This document shows positions 27,079 through 32,000 of a stretch of DNA of 32,000 bases, one piece after another. Source of the DNA: Candidatus Hermodarchaeota archaeon (GTDB lineage: Archaea > Asgardarchaeota > Heimdallarchaeia > Hodarchaeales > Hodarchaeaceae); the NCBI GenBank assembly GCA_048886185.1, contig JBHLKY010000020.1:49550-81549 (forward strand). Reading direction: 5' to 3'. Below the pieces are notes generated by a model. The model saw nothing but the letters and a program-made list of their open reading frames with translations. It was not told where the DNA came from and did no database searches. Made by a program: the position numbers and the translations under genes. Position 1 is the stretch's first letter. The number at the start of each line of letters is the position of its first letter.

Positions 27079-30000
27079 ATGGATGTCACGATAAGGTTGA
27101 TGAATAATCAAACCTTTATAATTTCAAAATATGTTTTTCCCGAATTTAATGAAGAAGTTAAAAAAGAAATAAACATAAGACAACTTGCAATAAAAATCTT
27201 CAATATAGTTAACATTTTTGGTCCTAAAGCCCTCGTTCTTGAATGTGAGGATAAAACTCTTCAATCATATCTCATAAATTCTTTGAGTTTATATCTTCAG
27301 GATAATTTCACATTTGAAAAATTAGGTGGGGGGATTCAGATTTTGACTTCTCTTCCTTTTCATAGTGAAGAACCAATTTCTTTAACTTCCAAGATAAAAA
27401 AGTTAGGTCAGTTTGAAAATCAAATAGGGCTGGGTATTGAAATTCAGGGAAAAACGATTAACGGAGTATGCATTGATGGCAATGGAAACATCATTAAACG
27501 ATCAAAAAGAAGTATAAAAAAAGAAGAAGGCTATAGATCAGTCATTAATAGTATTATCGACTTAATCAAAGAACTATTGGAATCTTTGAATCCAGAGAAA
27601 ATTAAAAGCGTGGGGATTGGCATTCCTGGTGGAATCAGCCCTATAGTTGTCAGAAGAATGATAGCTATGGGAGATTTTCATGATATTAATCTCAAAGGTG
27701 AAATAGAAGCAGCTATTGGCCACCCTACATTTATTGAAAATGATGCCAACGTCATTGCTTTAGGAGAAAAAGAAATTTCAAGAATTGAAGGAGATTTTTT
27801 CACTCTCACTCTCGGAGAGAGTGTTGGTGGAGGTATCATAATTAATGATCGAGTAATTCATGGAGAAAACTATTTTGCAGGAGAATTGGGACATATAATA
27901 GTCGATGACGCTATTGATGCACCTGTTTGTGGTTGTGGGAATACTGGCTGCCTTGAAGCTAGAATGTCAACCATTTCTGATCTTAATGAGGAGAATTTGG
28001 ATGAGATTGCTAAAGATGTTGCCAAAGCGATTAGAATCATCGTTGATCTAACAAATATTAACCAAGTGCTTATTGGGAGTAGCGTCACAAAATTTGGGTA
28101 TAATTTTTATGAAGCCGTACGTCATAATTTAGAAACCCAGTTTATCCCAAAAACAACCCCTGTTCAAGTCTATGAATCATCATTAGAGAGATTTCCTGAA
28201 ACTGAACGCAAATTCATTGGAGCGATTGGTGCTGCTATTATGGGGATGCAAAAAGTAGGAGAAATATCTGAAAAAGTTGTAGTAGTTATCAAAAAAGACG
28301 ATCAAGAAATGGGAAAAGCAGCTGCAAGAATAATTTCTGAACAGATCAGGAGAAAACCAAATACAGTGTTGGGATTAGCAACTGGGAGTACTCCTATCAG
28401 TATGTATAAAGAATTAGTTCGAATGCACAATGAAGAAAATCTAGACTTTTCAAAGGTTACAACTTTCAATCTTGATGAATATTATCCCATAGAAAGAGTA
28501 AACAATCAAAGTTATTACAGCTTCATGCATTATTGGCTGTTCGACCAAATCAATATCAATCTAGAAAATGTTCATATCCCCGATGGAGAATGGTCAGAGA
28601 AAGATCTAGAATCTAACTGTGAGCAGTTTGAACAGCTAATCAAGAAAGCAGGAGGAATTGATATTCAGATCTTAGGGATTGGTGAGAGTTTTTTCACAGA
28701 GAAGAGAGAAATTCATGGAGGGCATATTGGATTTAACGAATCTGGCTCTGATTTCTCCTCTCGGACTAGGAAGGTGATTTTAGCAGAAAAAACTCGTGTA
28801 GATAATTCACGATTTTTTCAAAGTATTGAGGAAGTTCCCCGATATGCAATTACTATAGGAATAGGTACAATTTTAGATGCAAAAAGAATAATACTGCTAG
28901 CTTCTGGAGAGCATAAAGCCCTTATAATCAAGGAAGCTGTCGAAGGTAAAATTACTCCTTTTATACCCGCAACGGTATTACAAACTCATGCAAACACAAC
29001 CTTTCTAATAGAAGAGGGAGCAGCATCGAAATTAAGTCGAATGTCTTATCCATGGTTATTTTTCGATATGGATTGGATGAAAGAAACTGATAAAAAGAAA
29101 ACAGATGAAGTTAAAATTGATGAAGCGTTGATTTGGCTCTCATTGACCACAAAGAAACCATTGACCCAACTTGATTTACAAGATTTTCACAATAATTTCC
29201 TTTCAGATCTCCTGCAACTTTTTAACTACAATGTTCCTAGTTTGACTAGCAAGGTGATTGCAAGGATTAATAATAAGATACGTTTTAAAGAAAAACTACC
29301 AAGGCATAAAAAGATATTGGTCGTTTCTTGTCGCCCTGGTGATGATGGTGTTATTGCTGATACCGTTAGAGCTTTGGTTAGTAACGAAAACAAGTTAAAA
29401 ATAATAAATATGGTAAGTGGTAACATTAATGTGAAAAATTCTGATGTTATTGATTACTGTGAAGAGAATCTTTTCGAAGAATCAATTAAAGAAAGTGTTC
29501 TAAAAAATCGTATCGATGTATTCGAATTATTGAAGTTAAAAACTCTTGTTAGGAAATCTGAATCAATTGATATGCATAAATATCTAGGAATCTCTTCTGA
29601 AAATCAATTTTTCTTGAATTTACCTTTCTATGAAACAAGAACTATCGAAAAAATCATTGAAATCTCCGATATAGATATTATACCACTGGTTACAATTCTA
29701 GACCAAGAACAACCAGAGATTATTTTAATTCTTGGAGGAATCACTGATCCACATGGACTCAAAGCAAGAATAGTAGAAATCTTTGAATTAGCATTAAAAA
29801 GGTCTGGAATTCAAAAAACTGAACTCTGGTACTATAAGACAACTATGGAGGAATTCTCTGTTGCAAGAGGAGATATTATCGTTCCATTCACTGAAAAAGA
29901 CATGGATCTTAAAGTAATTGCCATTCAAAGATTAAAGAGTCAACAAGTTGTCGATTTTCTAGCAATTCCTGGATATGATCCACGACCGCTTTGGGAACGT

Positions 30001-30117
30001 ATTAAAGAACGAAATCGAGCTATTGGTTACATCCTTAAGACAACGGGTTTAGTTCCTGACGAATATAATTATGGATCAATTTACCAAGTTTCTCAGTACA
30101 TTAAAGACACGAGATAG
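27079..30117 (+). CDS. nagB: fusion protein: ROK domain + glucosamine-6-phosphate deaminase (NagB) + degenerate PIG-L/LmbE-like domain
   Basis: ROK (aa ~116-392): GIGIPG, ENDAN, GGGIIIN, GELGH, CGCGNTGCLE. NagB (aa ~400-653): LGLATGSTP, FNLDEY, GHIGFNE. PIG-L-like (aa ~744-1000): SGNI, LNLPFYET, DPHG. Confidence 0.88.
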   Translation: MDVTIRLMNNQTFIISKYVFPEFNEEVKKEINIRQLAIKIFNIVNIFGPKALVLECEDKTLQSYLINSLSLYLQDNFTFEKLGGGIQILTSLPFHSEEPISLTSKIKKLGQFENQIGLGIEIQGKTINGVCIDGNGNIIKRSKRSIKKEEGYRSVINSIIDLIKELLESLNPEKIKSVGIGIPGGISPIVVRRMIAMGDFHDINLKGEIEAAIGHPTFIENDANVIALGEKEISRIEGDFFTLTLGESVGGGIIINDRVIHGENYFAGELGHIIVDDAIDAPVCGCGNTGCLEARMSTISDLNEENLDEIAKDVAKAIRIIVDLTNINQVLIGSSVTKFGYNFYEAVRHNLETQFIPKTTPVQVYESSLERFPETERKFIGAIGAAIMGMQKVGEISEKVVVVIKKDDQEMGKAAARIISEQIRRKPNTVLGLATGSTPISMYKELVRMHNEENLDFSKVTTFNLDEYYPIERVNNQSYYSFMHYWLFDQININLENVHIPDGEWSEKDLESNCEQFEQLIKKAGGIDIQILGIGESFFTEKREIHGGHIGFNESGSDFSSRTRKVILAEKTRVDNSRFFQSIEEVPRYAITIGIGTILDAKRIILLASGEHKALIIKEAVEGKITPFIPATVLQTHANTTFLIEEGAASKLSRMSYPWLFFDMDWMKETDKKKTDEVKIDEALIWLSLTTKKPLTQLDLQDFHNNFLSDLLQLFNYNVPSLTSKVIARINNKIRFKEKLPRHKKILVVSCRPGDDGVIADTVRALVSNENKLKIINMVSGNINVKNSDVIDYCEENLFEESIKESVLKNRIDVFELLKLKTLVRKSESIDMHKYLGISSENQFFLNLPFYETRTIEKIIEISDIDIIPLVTILDQEQPEIILILGGITDPHGLKARIVEIFELALKRSGIQKTELWYYKTTMEEFSVARGDIIVPFTEKDMDLKVIAIQRLKSQQVVDFLAIPGYDPRPLWERIKERNRAIGYILKTTGLVPDEYNYGSIYQVSQYIKDTR

Positions 30118-30141
30118 TTTTTCTTATGGAGTAAGAATACA

Positions 30142-32000
30142 ATGACAAGCAAAATTTCTTTGAATAAAGAATGGAAAATGCAATCTTCTGACAAGTTATC
30201 AAAGCATGGTGAAATAATTTCTACAACGGAATTCATCCCAGAAAATTGGTATACTGTCGATGTACCGACAACTGTGGTAAATGGTCTTGCCGTTAACGGT
30301 GAATTTGATTTTAAAAACCCTTATTATGGATTAAATCTAAAATCCATACCTGGTCTTAAAGGAGATATAAAAAGACAGAATTATGAGAGTCGATATAAAC
30401 CTGAAGATAGCCCATTCAGAAAACCATGGTGGTTCAGAAAGGAGTTTATAATAGATGAGGATCATCATAAGAAAGAAACTTGGATAGCTTTTGATGGTAT
30501 TAATTATTCTGCAAACATCTGGTTAAATGGTAGACGGATTGCCGGTTCTGACTATGTTATAGGAACGTATCGGCGATATGACTTTAATGTCACACATTTT
30601 GTGAATCCAGGCATAAATATTCTTGCATTAGAAGTGTTTTCTCCAAATCCTGACGATCTGGGGATTAGTTTTGTTGATTGGAACCCTATGCCTCCTGATG
30701 ATAACATGGGAATTTGGCAACCAGTGTACTTATATTCAACAGGTCCTGTGGCAATAAAATTTCCTTTTGTGAAAAGTAAATTAAACATTGAATCATTAGA
30801 AGAAGCTGAATTAATAATTACTGCAGAATTTCATAATACACAATCAGAATGTGTCAATGCTATTGTGGAAGGAAAAATAGAAAAGGTCAGTTTCCAAAAA
30901 GAAATTTTTCTTGACTCTAAAGAGAAGAAAAACGTTATCTTCTCATCTGAGGAGTTTCCACAACTGATGATAAAAAATCCACGAATATGGTGGCCCTATC
31001 AACTTGGATCTCCTGAATTATATAAACTGGATCTTAAAATTCGTGTTAATGACAAAATCTCTGATAGGCATGAAATTACTTTTGGGATAAGAGAAATTAG
31101 TTCTTATATAAATGAATATTCTTCAAGTAAACTCACTATAAAAAGTCGTATAATCTCAAAGTCAAACCAGAAGGTCGGATCCCGTGTTTTCACAATTAAT
31201 GGTCATGATATTCTACTCCGAGGCGCTGGTTGGACCTGTGATATGATGCTTGCTCAATCTAATGAACAAGATGAAATTGATGTTGCTTTTCTTAAGAATC
31301 TTAACATGAACGTGGTACGTTTTGAGGGGAAACTCGCAACTGACAATTTTTGGGATGTTTGTGATAGGGAAGGCATACTCATTCATGCTGGATGGGTTTG
31401 TTGTAGTCATTGGGAAAAATGGAACCAGTGGAAAACAGGTGATATCGAAGTTGCAGAAGCATCGTTACGCTCTCAAATTCTTCGTTTACGTAACCATCCA
31501 AGTTTTTTAGCTTGGTTTTATGGAAGTGATTTCCCCCCACCGGAGCATGTTGAGAAAGTATATCTCAATGTGTTAGAAAAAACTTATAATGAGCTTTCAA
31601 AGATTTCTAGTGCCACTGCTTATCCAACAAAGTTGACAGGGGAAACTGGTGTGAAAATGACTGGCCCATATACCTATGTTCCCCCTTCTTACTGGTATAC
31701 TGATGGAAGAGTAGGAGCTGCAGATAAATTTAATACTGAAACAGGACCAGATGTATGTATTCCTCCTTATGAAAGCTTAAGAATAATGCTTCCTGAATCC
31801 CAACTTAAAATTGGAAGTGAGGGGTGGAATTATCATACAGGACTAGGTGCTTTTGCTGACACAAAACTTATAGAAGAAGTTATTACAAAACGATATGGTA
31901 AACCTGTTTGTCTTGAGGATTTCTCAAAAACAGCACAAATTCTAGGTTATGAATGCTGGAGAGCAATGTATGAAGCGCATTTAAGAAATTACCCTAAATC
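30142..32000 (+). CDS. glycoside hydrolase family 2, exo-beta-D-glucosaminidase (CsxA-like), 3' partial
   Basis: Open frame of 619 codons from ATG 30142 (GGAG SD at 30128-30131) to the window end, absent from the ORF track. Motifs DWNPMPPDDNMGIW, RFEGK, GWVCCSHWE, RLRNHPS..WFYGSD (Asp463 acid), GPYTYVPPSYW and FNTETG (Glu533 nucleophile). Confidence 0.9.
   Translation, partial: MTSKISLNKEWKMQSSDKLSKHGEIISTTEFIPENWYTVDVPTTVVNGLAVNGEFDFKNPYYGLNLKSIPGLKGDIKRQNYESRYKPEDSPFRKPWWFRKEFIIDEDHHKKETWIAFDGINYSANIWLNGRRIAGSDYVIGTYRRYDFNVTHFVNPGINILALEVFSPNPDDLGISFVDWNPMPPDDNMGIWQPVYLYSTGPVAIKFPFVKSKLNIESLEEAELIITAEFHNTQSECVNAIVEGKIEKVSFQKEIFLDSKEKKNVIFSSEEFPQLMIKNPRIWWPYQLGSPELYKLDLKIRVNDKISDRHEITFGIREISSYINEYSSSKLTIKSRIISKSNQKVGSRVFTINGHDILLRGAGWTCDMMLAQSNEQDEIDVAFLKNLNMNVVRFEGKLATDNFWDVCDREGILIHAGWVCCSHWEKWNQWKTGDIEVAEASLRSQILRLRNHPSFLAWFYGSDFPPPEHVEKVYLNVLEKTYNELSKISSATAYPTKLTGETGVKMTGPYTYVPPSYWYTDGRVGAADKFNTETGPDVCIPPYESLRIMLPESQLKIGSEGWNYHTGLGAFADTKLIEEVITKRYGKPVCLEDFSKTAQILGYECWRAMYEAHLRNYPK

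Noticed and set aside
2359-31510. Short ORF-track entries (60-125 aa) overlapping larger genes, e.g. 3323-3625, 8058-8336, 12769-13035, 21717-22094, 30552-30788
   Set aside because: They are antisense or out-of-frame shadows of well-supported genes and carry no motifs.
1-32000. CRISPR array, rRNA, tRNA, transposase/integrase or prophage
   Set aside because: No regularly spaced repeats, no tRNA T-arm motif in a cloverleaf context, no long GC-rich non-coding tract and no mobility genes were seen by eye. tRNAscan-SE, Infernal and a CRISPR finder were not run.
1-32000. Selenocysteine (UGA) recoding
   Set aside because: No recognised gene is truncated at an in-frame TGA at a Cys-equivalent position.

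Overview
AT-rich window (about one third GC by eye) with roughly 26 protein genes in frequently alternating orientation. No rRNA, tRNA, CRISPR array, transposase or integrase was seen. Shine-Dalgarno motifs (GGTGA, GGAG, GAGG), frequent GTG/TTG starts, a membrane-anchored beta-helix surface protein and the DUF362/DUF3795/LLM/DinB content suggest an archaeon, plausibly Asgard (Heimdallarchaeia-like); this is inference, as no marker gene is present. The left and middle part (0.6-21.5 kb) is mostly small-molecule modifying or detoxifying enzymes plus a GH2 beta-mannosidase. The right part (21.6-32 kb) is a carbohydrate-use locus: a lone oligopeptide/oligosaccharide ABC permease, a GH130 phosphorylase, a membrane-anchored GH16, VOC, ThuA-like and alpha/beta hydrolase genes, and a two-gene unit. 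That unit encodes a 1012-aa ROK + NagB + degenerate PIG-L fusion and a CsxA-type GH2 exo-beta-glucosaminidase, which the ORF track misses because it runs off the window end. The fusion/glucosaminidase unit is the best candidate for an undescribed system: a compact chitosan/glucosamine catabolic route unlike the characterised Thermococcus pathway.
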